64,000 nucleotides of DNA from an uncultured Hymenobacter sp. (GCF_964242765.1 NZ_CAXTBM010000028.1:5999-69998); one strand, 5' to 3'; positions 1-10,611 are shown, counted from the first letter of the stretch. Notes: generated by a model not told the origin, from the letters alone. Translations and numbers: made by a program.

Positions 1-1
1 C

Positions 2-262
2 GATGAGGACCCGAACTCCTATACCGCTTCTCTTTTTCGCAAAGGCATTCCCAAAATCGCCCAGAAAGTAGGAGAGGAGGCCGTCGAAACCGTTATTGAC
101 GCGGTAGCTGGCAACCGCGACGGTTTACCAGGAGAAGCTGCCGATTTGCTTTACCATTTGTTGGTATTGCTCACAGCCTCCGGCCTCTCGCTGGAAAACG
201 TTGTGGATGTATTGCGGCAGCGGCACAGCACCATTTCGCAGGGAGTGCGCCGGGAGGAATAA
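2..262 (+). CDS. hisIE: Phosphoribosyl-ATP pyrophosphatase domain (HisE part of HisIE); 5'-truncated by the window edge
   Basis: Frame 2 translates to ...IAQKVGEEAVETVIDAVAGNRDGLPGEAADLLYHLLVLLTASGLSLENVVDVLRQRH..., ending at TAA 260-262. The EEA.E / DLLYHLLVLL pattern is typical of the PRA-PH family. A terminator hairpin follows. Confidence 0.8.
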   Translation, partial: DEDPNSYTASLFRKGIPKIAQKVGEEAVETVIDAVAGNRDGLPGEAADLLYHLLVLLTASGLSLENVVDVLRQRHSTISQGVRREE

Positions 263-285
263 GCAAGCCATTGTTAAGTTGAAAA

Positions 286-323
286 CAAAAAGGCCCGCTA
301 ACCGGCGGGCCTTTTTGTTTTAT
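286..323. terminator. Bidirectional rho-independent terminator between convergent genes
   Basis: aaaaaGGCCCGCtaaccGGCGGGCCttttt: a GC stem with A-tract and T-tract flanks. It lies between the hisIE stop (262) and the end of the minus-strand open frame (341). Confidence 0.7.
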
Positions 324-447
324 GTACCTACATTTATTTGTTAGCTCAACTGTTTGCGAATCTTTTCTATGAGGATGCGCACGATTTCCAAGTCGTCGGT
401 ATCCTGGATATGGAGTTGGGTATCGAGGCCCGGGCCGCTGATATGGA

Positions 448-1413
448 TCATGAAGCTTGGAGACCCCGACGAGTTAACCAAAGATACTGGCGGTGTCGCA
501 GATACATTGGTTGCCGGTTTTGGGGCAGGTGAAGGTAGAGACGCCTTAGGGGGCGACGGCGGAGGGGTATTAGGTGCTGATTTATTATATACCTCTGACG
601 CAGGCTCAGGCTCAGGTGATTTATTAGCTGCTGGCGTTTGAGTTGACTGGTGTAGTCCAAACAGCGCAGATATGGGTCTGAGTCGTCGCTCTCGGGGGCG
701 GCATTAGCTCTACTTATTGGAGGCGCCGGTACAAAAGGCCTGATGGAAGATTTACCAGGGCTTCCGTTGCTTTCAAATTCAGAGTCTAAATCATCTGATG
801 CAGGTTGTGCTACATTCGTGGAGTTAGTAGAAGCAGACTCCGACTCTGGGGTTGCTCTAGTTTTATCTGAACTCTTAAACAAGTTCAGGGGCATTTCTCC
901 ACTGGCTAGTTCACGCCGTGGCCCCTGTTGGGCTGCTAACTGATCTATATCGGCAATAACGTTTCGTTCATCGATAATGCCGGTCATGCGCGCTCCTTCC
1001 ACAAAGGCTTTAGCTACGTTCTGAGCATTTATCTCTTCCACACCAAATTCGCGGATGAGCATGATGTCGAACATATGTACCGGAAGTTCCCGATTGCGAA
1101 ACTTACGGCATATCTGAGTGAAGAGCGGTGGGTGCAGGAATGCCTCGCGATGATATAGCGTTTCTTCTTGCTTGTCATACGCATGCTTTATCCGGCGAAA
1201 CAGGTTGGTTGTGGTAAGCAACTCTCGTTTGCTTGTCAGTAACCCGAACTTAACTGCTGAGCCAAGTATAGCCTTAAAGGAGCCACTGACCTTACGATTG
1301 AGTTTGCGGGCACAAGTTTCCAAAGAGCACTTACCTCCAGTATCATCAACTACCTCGGATACCTCCCATGCGCTTTGATAGCTGGTACGGGGGTAGTCTA
1401 TGGTCTTAGGCAT
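448..1413 (-). CDS. Hypothetical protein, no family recognised. The gene has low G+C and its 3' end is probably frameshifted; a second open frame continues to a stop at 341-343.
   Basis: 321-aa ORF. The first roughly 250 aa look protein-like (MPKTIDYPRTSYQSAWEV...GIIDERNVIADIDQL). The last roughly 65 aa are R/L/Q-rich junk-like sequence. Another minus frame, open from about 700 to 341, encodes a P-rich linker plus ...FMIHISGPGLDTQLHIQDTDDLEIVRILIEKIRKQLS*. Confidence 0.6.
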   Translation of the reverse strand: MPKTIDYPRTSYQSAWEVSEVVDDTGGKCSLETCARKLNRKVSGSFKAILGSAVKFGLLTSKRELLTTTNLFRRIKHAYDKQEETLYHREAFLHPPLFTQICRKFRNRELPVHMFDIMLIREFGVEEINAQNVAKAFVEGARMTGIIDERNVIADIDQLAAQQGPRRELASGEMPLNLFKSSDKTRATPESESASTNSTNVAQPASDDLDSEFESNGSPGKSSIRPFVPAPPISRANAAPESDDSDPYLRCLDYTSQLKRQQLINHLSLSLRQRYIINQHLIPLRRRPLRRLYLHLPQNRQPMYLRHRQYLWLTRRGLQAS

Positions 1414-2389
1414 AAAAAGATAAGGATTAAGTGAGAGGCAAGTATAAGAATAAAAAGTATGTAAAAGTAGCTTAAAGTATAAAATAGCTCATAAAAGTTG
1501 TACTTTCTAATACTTTTTGTGCTTTTATGTACTTTATAAGATATATTTTTTTCTTATCTAACATACACTATGCACCACTATGATATATAATACTGCTAAA
1601 CCAAATACAATATTTTTTATACCAAACTAATAACCGGGGCCGGGGGCTAGGGGAGGCTAATTGAAAGGTGACATAAGGCTCTTGAATTGGCCCTCGTACG
1701 ATTTACTGTCACTTATTGATAAATTGTTTGTCTTTACTTCATGTAGGCTTATAACGTCGAAAACGTGTATAAACAGGCTTGACAATAGGATAGGAGATAT
1801 TTAAACATTTTGTATTTCAATATGCCCCTCAACTAGGTCTAAAATTTCAGCCTCATCATATCACCGTAATCCATAACAGCTGCGGCACTACGCCATCGAC
1901 GAGCAGAATGCTTACGCTAAACAGTGCACTCTTTTAAACCTCATAATCTATTTGTTCTATGTAGCGGTTGCTAACGCGTCATCATATTTATTAGACTATT
2001 CATCACATGGTATTGCATTCCAACTGCACTTGAAAGTTCACAGGCATGGACTTTAATAATTCGCATTACATCAGCCACAACAGATGAAATGCTTCAGTAG
2101 GCTAGGTAAATTAGGCTTCAAACAAAAAGACTTTCGTTTAGCCCGAAACGTAGCTGCTCTAATCATCACCAGAATTCAATGAGCAACATTTAAACTCAGT
2201 ATCTCAGCTGGACTCGGATATCCATAGCTTAGAATTTAACGCGAACCTTCATCTATTTGTCATGCCACTAGCTAGTCTCATAGAACAAGACAACGACTTG
2301 AGGAACGATAAACGACATGTAGCTAAGCGACCTAAGAACCAGATCATTTGTCTTATAATTTATATTATGTTAAGTAGACTTTTCAAAAA

Positions 2390-2422
2390 CTAGCCCGTGG
2401 CCTTTTAATGACCACGGGCTAG
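2390..2422 (-). terminator. Rho-independent terminator of the TPR gene
   Basis: CTAGCCCGTGG (2390-2400) pairs perfectly (11 bp) with CCACGGGCTAG (2412-2422). The flanks are A/T-rich and the hairpin is about 30 nt downstream of the stop at 2454. Confidence 0.7.
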
Positions 2423-2453
2423 TTTAACATCTATCCCCTTCTTAAGGAATTGG

Positions 2454-3596
2454 CTACTTCTTCAACCCATCAAGCTTAGCGTTCATTTTCTCGGCATCAG
2501 CTGAGCGACCGAGCTTGGCATATACTTTACCCAGCGACGTAATAGTAGCACGGTCATCAGGCTGGATGGCCAGAGCTTTCTCGAAATATGGCACGGAATC
2601 CGTGAAATACTTTTTGCCGTCGGTTTCAAACTTCTTACCGCTCTTTTGGTAAGTAGCCAAGTCCATTTTACTGGCTTTAGTATATAAGTCAGCGGCTTTG
2701 TTGTAGTTATAAACGCCAAGGTTGAAATTGGCGTCGAAGTTGTTGGGATCAACCTCTACGGCTTTCCGATAAGCGGCCAGCGCTTTCTCGGGTTGCTTGT
2801 CCTGGTCGTAAATCGAGCCAAGCACCGCATATAAGTTGGAGTTCTTTGGGTCGGCCGCAATGGCGCTTTCGATTTTGCTGATAGCTTCCTTACCACGGCC
2901 AGCACTTAGGTACATATTCAACTCCTCCAGCATAAAGCTTTTGTTGTTGGGATATGCTTTCAGGGCTTGCTCGACCACCTTCATGGCTTCCTGCTCGTTT
3001 TTCTCTTGACGGGCAATTTGTAGCATCCGCCCATACATTTGCGGCGACTTGTAGTTCATGCCCTGCAACTGAGCATACGTCTGCTTCGCACTAGCGAAGT
3101 CTTCCTTAGCTTCGGCGGCATACGCGGCATACAAATACGCCGTCGTGTCCTGTGGACGAATCTGCTGCGCCATTTTGTAGGAAGCCAGCGCCTCATCATA
3201 CTTCTTTCCGTTGTAGTTCTCTACACCAGCATTGAGGGCTAACCCGTACAGGTTATCGAGCTTGGCAGTGGCTTGCTTGCCGAACTCCCCATCTTTGCCA
3301 TCGAGTTCAATGGCTTTCTTGTACGACTCGTATGCCACCTTGGTGCCTTCCCCAGGCTGTAATGACTTACCATAGATGGGGTTGGTGGCCATGGCATCGT
3401 AGATTTCGCCGCGCGTAAACCAAGTTTTGGCCTTGGTCGAGGTTTTCTCGTTTACAATGGCTTTGTCGATGTCGGTGCGGGCTTTGTCAAGTAAGCCTTG
3501 CTTCTGATTTAGAATGGCATTGGTGACCGCCGAATTCTGGGCCGAAGCGGAAGTGAGAGCTGCCGCAGCAACAAGCGTCAGAATAATCTTCTTCAT
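2454..3596 (-). CDS. Secreted tetratricopeptide-repeat (TPR) protein
   Basis: I chose the internal start MKKIILTLVAAAALTSASAQ (signal peptide; ATG at 3594-3596). The body has repeated A..Y..A...P/D..A..N.G TPR-like units. Confidence 0.85.
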   Translation of the reverse strand: MKKIILTLVAAAALTSASAQNSAVTNAILNQKQGLLDKARTDIDKAIVNEKTSTKAKTWFTRGEIYDAMATNPIYGKSLQPGEGTKVAYESYKKAIELDGKDGEFGKQATAKLDNLYGLALNAGVENYNGKKYDEALASYKMAQQIRPQDTTAYLYAAYAAEAKEDFASAKQTYAQLQGMNYKSPQMYGRMLQIARQEKNEQEAMKVVEQALKAYPNNKSFMLEELNMYLSAGRGKEAISKIESAIAADPKNSNLYAVLGSIYDQDKQPEKALAAYRKAVEVDPNNFDANFNLGVYNYNKAADLYTKASKMDLATYQKSGKKFETDGKKYFTDSVPYFEKALAIQPDDRATITSLGKVYAKLGRSADAEKMNAKLDGLKK

Positions 3597-3767
3597 GGGG
3601 TTTTTTCGTGAAGAATGTGGATGTGGAAAGGAATTGTTGAACAAACCGTAAGAACCGGCGCGAAGTTCAGCTTGCCGGTTCTGTAGCTTTTAGGAGTGGC
3701 AGAAGAAACACCGACGCTTCACTTTCAAGTCGGCCTTCCTCCTGCCACCACGCTAGAAAAACAACGC

Positions 3768-6362
3768 TTAGTTATCGCTAAGCGTGTCTGGATCAGTAAG
3801 AGCTTCTAATTCATCCGGGTCTGGCACAACCTCCGCGGAGGTGGCCGCATCCCCGTTTTCACCATTGGCAAGGGTCGTGCCATCAACGACTAACTCGCCG
3901 TCTAGCTCCTTTTCGTCTTCGGCTGCAACTTTGGCCACCGACGAAATAGCGTCCCCATTGCTTAAACGTATCAGCCGTACCCCTTGGGTAGCCCGGCCGA
4001 TAGAACGCAGTTCCTTGGCCACGCTCATCCGAATCGTGATACCCGACTTGTTGATGATCATCAAATCATCGGAATCCGAAACGGCTTTGATGGTTACTAA
4101 GGCCCCGGTTTTCTCGGTGATCTTCATCGCCCGCACACCTTTGCCGCCGCGGTTGGTGATGCGGTATTCCTCGAGCGGGCTGCGTTTCCCGTAGCCATTC
4201 TCGGAAACAACCAGCAACTCTTCCTGGCTGTCGTTGGCAATACACACCATGCCTACCACCCGGTCCTGCTCATCGGAGAGCGTGATGCCGCGTACCCCGG
4301 CGGCCGTACGACCCATGGAGCGCACTTTCTCTTCGGAAAATCGCACCGCCCGACCCGAGCGCAACGCTACCACTATTTCCGACTTACCGCTGGTCAACTG
4401 CACGTCGAGCAGCCGGTCGCCTTCGTTGATGGTAATGGCGTTGATACCGGCCGTACGGGGCCGGGAGTACGCCTCAAGCGGCGTTTTCTTCACGGTGCCC
4501 TGCTCGGTGCAGAACATCAAATACGTATTCTCCAGATAATCCGGGTCGCGCAAACCGCGCACGTTCAGCACCGAACGGACGTTGTCTTCGCGCGGAATTT
4601 CGATTAGGTTCTGAATTGGACGACCTTTGGCAGCCTTGCCGGCTTCGGGTACTTCGTAGACTTTCAGCCAGAACACCCGGCCCAACTCCGTGAAGAACAA
4701 CAGATATTCGTGGGTGGTGGCCACAAACAGGTGCTCGGTGAAGTCGTCCTGCTTGGAAGCCGCCCCCCGGGCCCCTACTCCTCCCCGACCCTGCGTCCGG
4801 TATTCGGCCAAGGCGGTGCGCTTGATGTAGCCGTCGTTGGAGATGGTAATCACCATGCTCTCGTCGGCTATCATGTCTTCCATACTGAAGTCGCCACCGG
4901 CGTACTCGATCATGGTCCGCCGCTTATCGCCGTACCGCTCGCGGATGTCCACCATCTCGTCGCGAATAATCTGGCGTTGCAGATCTTCCGAAGCCAGCAC
5001 CGATTTTAGGTAGTCAACCAGCTTCATTAGCTCGTCGTACTCCTGCACGATTTTGTCGCGCTCCAGGCCGGTGAGGCGCTGCAAACGCATATCCAGGATA
5101 GCGCGGGCTTGCACTTCACTTAGCGAGAACCGCTCGATAAGCTGCGCCCGGGCCACTTCACCGTCGCGGGAACCCCGGATCAGGGCAATCACCTCGTCTA
5201 AGTGGTCGAGGGCGATAAGTAAGCCTTCCAGGATATGGGCCCGCTTCTGTGCTTCAGCCAGTTCGTAGCGGGTGCGGCGCACCACTACATCGGCGCGATG
5301 CTCAACGAAGTAGTGAATGAGTTCCTTGAGGTTGAGCGTCATCGGGCGCCCTTTTACCAGGCACACGTTGTTGACGCCGAACGAGGACTGGAGCTGCGTG
5401 TAGCGGTAGAGCTGGTTGAGCACCACGTTGGGCATGGCGTCGCGCTTGAGCACGTACACAATGCGCATCCCGTCCCGGTCCGACTCGTCGCGCAGATCGG
5501 CAATGCCTTCAATGCGTTTCTCGTTGATAAGGGCGGCGGTTTTCTCGATCATCGAGGCCTTGTTCACCATGTAGGGAATTTCGGTAACCACGATCTGCTC
5601 TTTGCCGCTGTCCAGGGTTTCGACGTGGGCTTTCGCCCGCACAACTACCCGGCCGCGGCCCGTTTCGAAAGCTTGCTTTACGCCCTCGTAGCCGTAGATG
5701 GTACCACCCGTCGGAAAGTCCGGCGCGGTGATGTGCTCCATGAGTTCGGCAATGGTAACGTCGGAGTTGTCGAGGTAGGCCACAATACCGTTCACCACTT
5801 CCGTCATGTTATGGGGCGGCATGTTGGTGGCCATGCCCACGGCAATACCCGTCGTGCCGTTCACAAGCAGGTTCGGAAACTTCGAGGGCATGACGCTGGG
5901 CTCTTCCAGCGAGTCATCGAAGTTGGGTTGGAAGTCAACTGTTTCCTTGTCGAGGTCGCCCAGCATCTCGTCGGCCAGCCGTTTAAGGCGAGCTTCGGTG
6001 TAACGCATGGCGGCTGGTGAGTCGCCGTCAACCGAGCCGAAGTTACCCTGCCCATCAACGAGCGGATAGCGTAGGCTCCAGTCCTGGGCCATGCGCACCA
6101 TGGTATCATACACGGACGAGTCACCGTGCGGGTGATACTTACCCAGTACTTCGCCCACAATACGGGCGCTTTTTTTGTAGGATTTGTTGTACGAGACGCC
6201 CAGCTCGCTCATGCCGTAAAGCACACGCCGGTGTACGGGTTTGAGGCCGTCGCGCACGTCGGGCAACGCCCGGGAGATGATAACCGACATCGAGTAATCG
6301 ATGTAGGCGCCGCGCATCTCGTCTTCGATGTTAATCGGAATGATCTTTTCGCCTTCCGCCAT
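3768..6362 (-). CDS. gyrA: DNA gyrase subunit A
   Basis: 864 aa. N-terminus ...[32 protein letters not shown]...AAMRYTE (the active-site Tyr region), plus C-terminal beta-pinwheel repeats. Confidence 0.97.
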   Translation of the reverse strand: MAEGEKIIPINIEDEMRGAYIDYSMSVIISRALPDVRDGLKPVHRRVLYGMSELGVSYNKSYKKSARIVGEVLGKYHPHGDSSVYDTMVRMAQDWSLRYPLVDGQGNFGSVDGDSPAAMRYTEARLKRLADEMLGDLDKETVDFQPNFDDSLEEPSVMPSKFPNLLVNGTTGIAVGMATNMPPHNMTEVVNGIVAYLDNSDVTIAELMEHITAPDFPTGGTIYGYEGVKQAFETGRGRVVVRAKAHVETLDSGKEQIVVTEIPYMVNKASMIEKTAALINEKRIEGIADLRDESDRDGMRIVYVLKRDAMPNVVLNQLYRYTQLQSSFGVNNVCLVKGRPMTLNLKELIHYFVEHRADVVVRRTRYELAEAQKRAHILEGLLIALDHLDEVIALIRGSRDGEVARAQLIERFSLSEVQARAILDMRLQRLTGLERDKIVQEYDELMKLVDYLKSVLASEDLQRQIIRDEMVDIRERYGDKRRTMIEYAGGDFSMEDMIADESMVITISNDGYIKRTALAEYRTQGRGGVGARGAASKQDDFTEHLFVATTHEYLLFFTELGRVFWLKVYEVPEAGKAAKGRPIQNLIEIPREDNVRSVLNVRGLRDPDYLENTYLMFCTEQGTVKKTPLEAYSRPRTAGINAITINEGDRLLDVQLTSGKSEIVVALRSGRAVRFSEEKVRSMGRTAAGVRGITLSDEQDRVVGMVCIANDSQEELLVVSENGYGKRSPLEEYRITNRGGKGVRAMKITEKTGALVTIKAVSDSDDLMIINKSGITIRMSVAKELRSIGRATQGVRLIRLSNGDAISSVAKVAAEDEKELDGELVVDGTTLANGENGDAATSAEVVPDPDELEALTDPDTLSDN

Positions 6363-6508
6363 AGGGAGAACTTAGTCGGCCGGCCGCTGCTTTTAATGGC
6401 AGTTCCGGCCCCGTGAATGATGGTTGCGTTTAGGCAGCAAGATACGTAAAAAACCCCGTTTTTCCTAGCTTCCGCCCCGATTCAGGTGCTCTGTTGTGGG
6501 CGTTGCCT

Positions 6509-6751
6509 TCAGCGTATCGACTTGCTTTTATCGGCTTTATGCTTGCCCGATTTGGGGTTATAGGTTTTGATTTTCTCGCCGATAGCCGGGTTTTGTTTCT
6601 TGAAGATAGGCTGCCCCCGGTACTTCACGCCATCATGGAAATGCACCTTACGAGTATGGCAGGATACAATTGGGCAGGAGCGGCACGAAGCTACTACAAC
6701 CAGCAAAAGCAGCGGCCAATACCGCCGCGAGAAGAGTCGGAAAAATTTCAT
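6509..6751 (-). CDS. Small hypothetical lipoprotein-like protein (80 aa)
   Basis: MKFFRLFSRRYWPLLLLVVVASC... is a signal peptide with a lipobox-like VASC, followed by a basic tail. Competing plus-strand ORFs look less protein-like. No family recognised. Confidence 0.4.
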   Translation of the reverse strand: MKFFRLFSRRYWPLLLLVVVASCRSCPIVSCHTRKVHFHDGVKYRGQPIFKKQNPAIGEKIKTYNPKSGKHKADKSKSIR

Positions 6752-7033
6752 GGGGGTAAAGATATTCAGTTACCAGCAGCCAACTACCCGGTGCTAAGTT
6801 CCTACCGGGCCCCCAGGTGAAAAGACTGTTTTAACCATATCAATTCCCGCTTAAGCACCAGACTGTAAACACTCTTCCTTGGGCTGCGTAGTAGGGCTGG
6901 CAAAACATGCTAACGCTGACGGTGGTTTTTTGAAGGGCGTCTGTTAACTCTCAAGCGTAGCATCCACTAAATACTTGGTATGATTATAGGGTTGTTCTAT
7001 AAAAACCAATACGTCGTATAGGTAAAGTGAAAC

Positions 7034-8653
7034 GTGTTTAAGAAGGCCATGGCCATGAAGCAGGATGAAACAGTAGTTGAAGTGGTTAACGGCTGCCTGA
7101 CTCCAGAGCATATCAGTCAATTGAGTGCCATGGTCGGCAAGAGCACTACTTTGGTTGAGCAGGCATTGGCCCAGTTGATTCCGTGGGTGGTTACCATGCT
7201 CACGGAACGGATGACGCGGCCGCATGGGGTAGAGGCCATTTGGGACCTTACGCGGCAGGCGCAGGAGAATCAGGTGCTAACTCAACTCGATAAGCTCGAC
7301 ATTGCCAGCTGGCACGGGCGGGGCGTGATGTTACTGCAAGGCCTGCTCAACGATAGGTACGAATCCACTACGTTCCGCATGTCCATAAAGGCGGGCCTGC
7401 CGTTGGCGTCGTTCAATTTAGTGCTTGAAGTGGCCGTGGCCGCCGTGTTGGGGGGCCTTGGCAAACATGCTGCCGAGCATCACTTGGATGCCGCTGGCTT
7501 AAGCAACTGGTTGCAACAACAGTCGCCTATCCCCAGCGCCCAGTCCCACCCAACGCCAAGTGAGCGGGTAACGGCCACGGTGAATCCAGCTACTCGCCGC
7601 GCTGTTCCGCCGCCCACTTCGCAACCTACCCCCAAGTTTGAAGCCGGCGCCGGTGACTGGGCTAATGTGGGCGGGGGCAGCATCTTTATACCGAAGCAAC
7701 GGACCCTGCTAGGCTCGTATCTGAACAAGCTGCACCACTGGAAATGGGCCTTGTTGCTCTTTCCAGTGCTTGCAATTGGCTACGGTCTTTTCCAATGGCT
7801 TCCTGCTGCCAACGAAACCGCCTTTCCTGAACAAGACACTCCCGTAGCTTATACGGCCAGCAATGCCCCGGCAACTACCTCCGCCATAGCCGAAACGGGT
7901 TCCCCTACGCCCTCCCTGAACGCGCAGACACCTCCCGGTCACTACGATGCCGCCACCGATACCTACATCTACCATACGGGCCAGCCCCTGATTATTACGC
8001 TGGCCGATGGCAGCACGCAGCGCGTAGGTATGAACTCAACTGAGTACCAGCTGTATCGTTTTTTGGCCGATGCCCACCGCCGAGTGGACTCGTTGAACCC
8101 CGCCACGGGCTGGATCAACGTTGACCGGGTGTATTTCAAATCGGGCGCCGCCACGCTTACGCCCGAATCGCAGCAGCAACTAAACAACCTGGCAGCCATT
8201 CTAAGAACCTTCCCCCGCGCTCAAATCCTGTTTGGCGGCTACAGCGACAGCATCGGAGATGGCTTAAAGAATTTACGCCTCAGCGATGCGCGGGCGCAGA
8301 CCGCTATGCGGGCTCTGGCCGAAAAAGGAATCTCGATGGGCCGCTTGCAAGCTATTGGCTACGGCGAAGCCTATGCCGTAGCGTCCAATGCCGCGCCGGT
8401 CGGCCGCGCCCTCAACCGCCGCCTCAGTATTAAAGTGGTTTCCAAATCCGGGCCCCTCCTAGCCGAGCCTCAAACACCCCTCCAACCTAAAACAGCTCTT
8501 GCTGCCGCCTCCGCTGCGCGGGCCGCCAAGTTGGCCCGCTTGAATGCCCCGCAGCAAGTACGGCAGCGGAAGCCACGTCAGCGCACCAAGGTAGGACGTT
8601 GGATCAACAACGTGCGCCAAAAGTTTCGCGCTAAACGCAACCAGCAACAGTAG
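7034..8653 (+). CDS. DUF937-like N-terminal domain, one TM helix, and a C-terminal OmpA-family peptidoglycan-binding domain
   Basis: C-terminus: VYFKSGAATLTPESQQQLNNLAAILRTFPRAQILFGGYSDSIGD...NLRLSDARAQTAMRALAEKGI...GYGE...NRRLSIKVV (OmpA_C-like). The start is ambiguous (GTG 7034, or ATG 7049/7055). Confidence 0.85.
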   Translation: MFKKAMAMKQDETVVEVVNGCLTPEHISQLSAMVGKSTTLVEQALAQLIPWVVTMLTERMTRPHGVEAIWDLTRQAQENQVLTQLDKLDIASWHGRGVMLLQGLLNDRYESTTFRMSIKAGLPLASFNLVLEVAVAAVLGGLGKHAAEHHLDAAGLSNWLQQQSPIPSAQSHPTPSERVTATVNPATRRAVPPPTSQPTPKFEAGAGDWANVGGGSIFIPKQRTLLGSYLNKLHHWKWALLLFPVLAIGYGLFQWLPAANETAFPEQDTPVAYTASNAPATTSAIAETGSPTPSLNAQTPPGHYDAATDTYIYHTGQPLIITLADGSTQRVGMNSTEYQLYRFLADAHRRVDSLNPATGWINVDRVYFKSGAATLTPESQQQLNNLAAILRTFPRAQILFGGYSDSIGDGLKNLRLSDARAQTAMRALAEKGISMGRLQAIGYGEAYAVASNAAPVGRALNRRLSIKVVSKSGPLLAEPQTPLQPKTALAAASAARAAKLARLNAPQQVRQRKPRQRTKVGRWINNVRQKFRAKRNQQQ

Positions 8654-8693
8654 AAGTTTAGCGTAAGCATAAGAGAAAGCGCTAATCCGCAGA

Positions 8694-9410
8694 TCAGGGC
8701 TTTTCTTGTGGCCCAGCCTTCACGTCCTTGCTTTCCCACTCTAGCAGGAACTGCGTCAGAAACTGTTCCATAAAGGCGTGGCGCTTCTCGGCTACCTCAC
8801 GGGCGGCGGGCGTGTGGAGCCGCTCCCGCAGGTGCAACAGCTTCTCGTAGAAGTGGTTGATAGTAGGTGCCGTGTTTTGCTTGTAACTCTCGAACGACTC
8901 GTGCACCATGGGCGGTATGGCCGGATCATGCAAAGGCCGGCCCTTGTGCCCACCGTAGGCAAAGGCCCGCGCTACGCCAATGGCCCCAATGGCATCGAGC
9001 CGGTCGGCATCCTGCACCAATTCCCCCTCCACTGAACTCATGGGCGTGGCCACGCCTAAGCCCTTGAAACTGATTTCCCGGATGATAACTTCCACGGCCT
9101 GCATAACGGGTTCCTCGGCTTGCTGGCTTTCCAGCCAAGCCCGCGAAGCCCGCGGGCCCGCTTCCTCGTCGCCGTTGTGAAACTTCCAGTCGGCAACGTC
9201 GTGCAGCAGAGCGCCAAGTTCGGTGACAAGCGGATTGGCGTGCGGGGTGTCGCGGGCCAGGGCGCGGGCCACCTGCCACACCCGGCGAATGTGTTCCCAA
9301 TCATGGCCGGAACCTTCGTGCAGAAATTTCTCGCGGACGAAGTCGGCGGTACGCTTTATAAGATCGTGGTCGTTCAAAAGCAGCAAAGAAAAACGCGGCC
9401 ATCCCACCAT
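8694..9410 (-). CDS. HD-domain metal-dependent phosphohydrolase (YedJ-like)
   Basis: GHDWEHIRRVWQVARALA...LLHDVADWKF...DADRLDAIGAIGVARAF contains the HD motif and a DADRLDA motif. I chose the ATG at 9408-9410; the ORF opens at TTG 9425. Confidence 0.85.
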   Translation of the reverse strand: MVGWPRFSLLLLNDHDLIKRTADFVREKFLHEGSGHDWEHIRRVWQVARALARDTPHANPLVTELGALLHDVADWKFHNGDEEAGPRASRAWLESQQAEEPVMQAVEVIIREISFKGLGVATPMSSVEGELVQDADRLDAIGAIGVARAFAYGGHKGRPLHDPAIPPMVHESFESYKQNTAPTINHFYEKLLHLRERLHTPAAREVAEKRHAFMEQFLTQFLLEWESKDVKAGPQEKP

Positions 9411-9479
9411 GAGACGGTTACACAAAGCAACAACTTTGAGTTGAGAAATTTGCCTCCCTCCTATGGTAGCTTGGTCGTT

Positions 9480-10025
9480 TTACAACTCGCGCAAGTACTG
9501 CGGGGGTACCTGGGCAATAAGCCATACACCATTGCCGGATTGGTAAAATACATGCCCGGCCGCGTGCAAACCGGCTGCATCGATGGCCAGCAGTACTGCG
9601 GGGCCGCGCCGGTTGCCCACGCGCCGGGCCGTCTGCTGGTCGGGCGAGAGGTGAACGTGGTGGCGCTGCATCTTCAGCAGGCCGTCGCGGCGGATAGCGG
9701 GCAAGGCGGCGGGCACGGTGCCGTGGTAGAGCACAACCGGCGGCGTTGCGGGCACCAAGCCTAGATCAACAGGCACGCTGTGGCCCTGTTGCGCCCGGAT
9801 ACGACCGCCCTCGGCATCGAAGGCAAAACGCTGTTTGTCGCTACCGGTTACCACTTCACCGAGTTCGGCGCGACTGATGAGCTGGCCGTGGCGAGCGGCC
9901 GCGGCTAACAAGTCCTCCACTCCTACCCAGCCACCTGCCGCCAGCGTCAACCCCAACGCCTCGGGGCGGTGGCGCAGGTGCAGACTAAGAAACTTACTCA
10001 AGCGAGTGGCACGGGCAGGATTCAT
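9480..10025 (-). CDS. kptA: RNA 2'-phosphotransferase, Tpt1/KptA family
   Basis: MNPARATRLSKFLSLHLRHRPEALGLTLAAGGWVGVEDLL...QGHSV...LYHGT...RHHVHLS are hallmark KptA motifs. Start ATG at 10023-10025. Confidence 0.9.
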   Translation of the reverse strand: MNPARATRLSKFLSLHLRHRPEALGLTLAAGGWVGVEDLLAAAARHGQLISRAELGEVVTGSDKQRFAFDAEGGRIRAQQGHSVPVDLGLVPATPPVVLYHGTVPAALPAIRRDGLLKMQRHHVHLSPDQQTARRVGNRRGPAVLLAIDAAGLHAAGHVFYQSGNGVWLIAQVPPQYLREL

Positions 10026-10146
10026 GGCGCAAACATACTTAGACGGCAAAGAACTTGAAGGCCATGAAAATTCCCCGGAATTAGGCGTGCAGCCTTTGTC
10101 GTTACTTTCGTATCTTACCGTCAAATGACGATCTTATAACCTGCAA

Positions 10147-10599
10147 ATGACTGTTCTGCGCAAAACGCCCGTAGCTACCATGGTGGACCTGATGGGGGGT
10201 ACCGCCGTTATTGCGCTGCCCGTACACAACGAGCTAGACTTGCTGACTGTGGCCGTGCAAGGCCTGCCAATACAGGCCTTACGAGCCCTGCAACGGCATC
10301 TTCGCTTCTCCAACAAAGAAATCAGTGCGGTGCTCGATATTTCGGAAAGCACCCTGGCCCGCCGGGAACAGTCGCAACGGCCCCTCACCCGCGACGAAAG
10401 TGAAAAGGCCATTAAGCTCTCGGGCGTGCTGCTGAAAGGACTGGAAGTGTTTGAGGACGAGACTGATTTCAACCATTGGCTTTCCACTCCTAACGCGGCC
10501 TTGGGCGGTGTCCGTCCCAAAGAACTGCTTAACTCCGCCATCGGGCGCGACCAGGTGCACGACGTGCTAGGACGAATTCAACACGGTATTTATTCCTGA
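10147..10599 (+). CDS. Type II antitoxin, Xre/MbcA/ParS family (DUF2384)
   Basis: C-terminal ...VFEDETDFNHWLSTPNAALGGVRPKELLNSAIGRDQVHDVLGRIQHGIYS is the DUF2384 signature. It sits 12 nt upstream of a RES-domain gene. Confidence 0.85.
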   Translation: MTVLRKTPVATMVDLMGGTAVIALPVHNELDLLTVAVQGLPIQALRALQRHLRFSNKEISAVLDISESTLARREQSQRPLTRDESEKAIKLSGVLLKGLEVFEDETDFNHWLSTPNAALGGVRPKELLNSAIGRDQVHDVLGRIQHGIYS

Positions 10600-10611
10600 G
10601 TTGGGGAGCTG

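Noticed and set aside
1634-1657. G-run cluster (ggggccgggggctaggggagg) inside the AT-rich tract as a possible G-quadruplex
   Set aside because: Only three runs have three or more Gs and the fourth is GG. The evidence is too weak to claim.
5235-6020. 261-aa plus-strand ORF (and several others) inside gyrA
   Set aside because: It is antisense to an unambiguous gyrA and is a typical long shadow ORF of high-G+C DNA.
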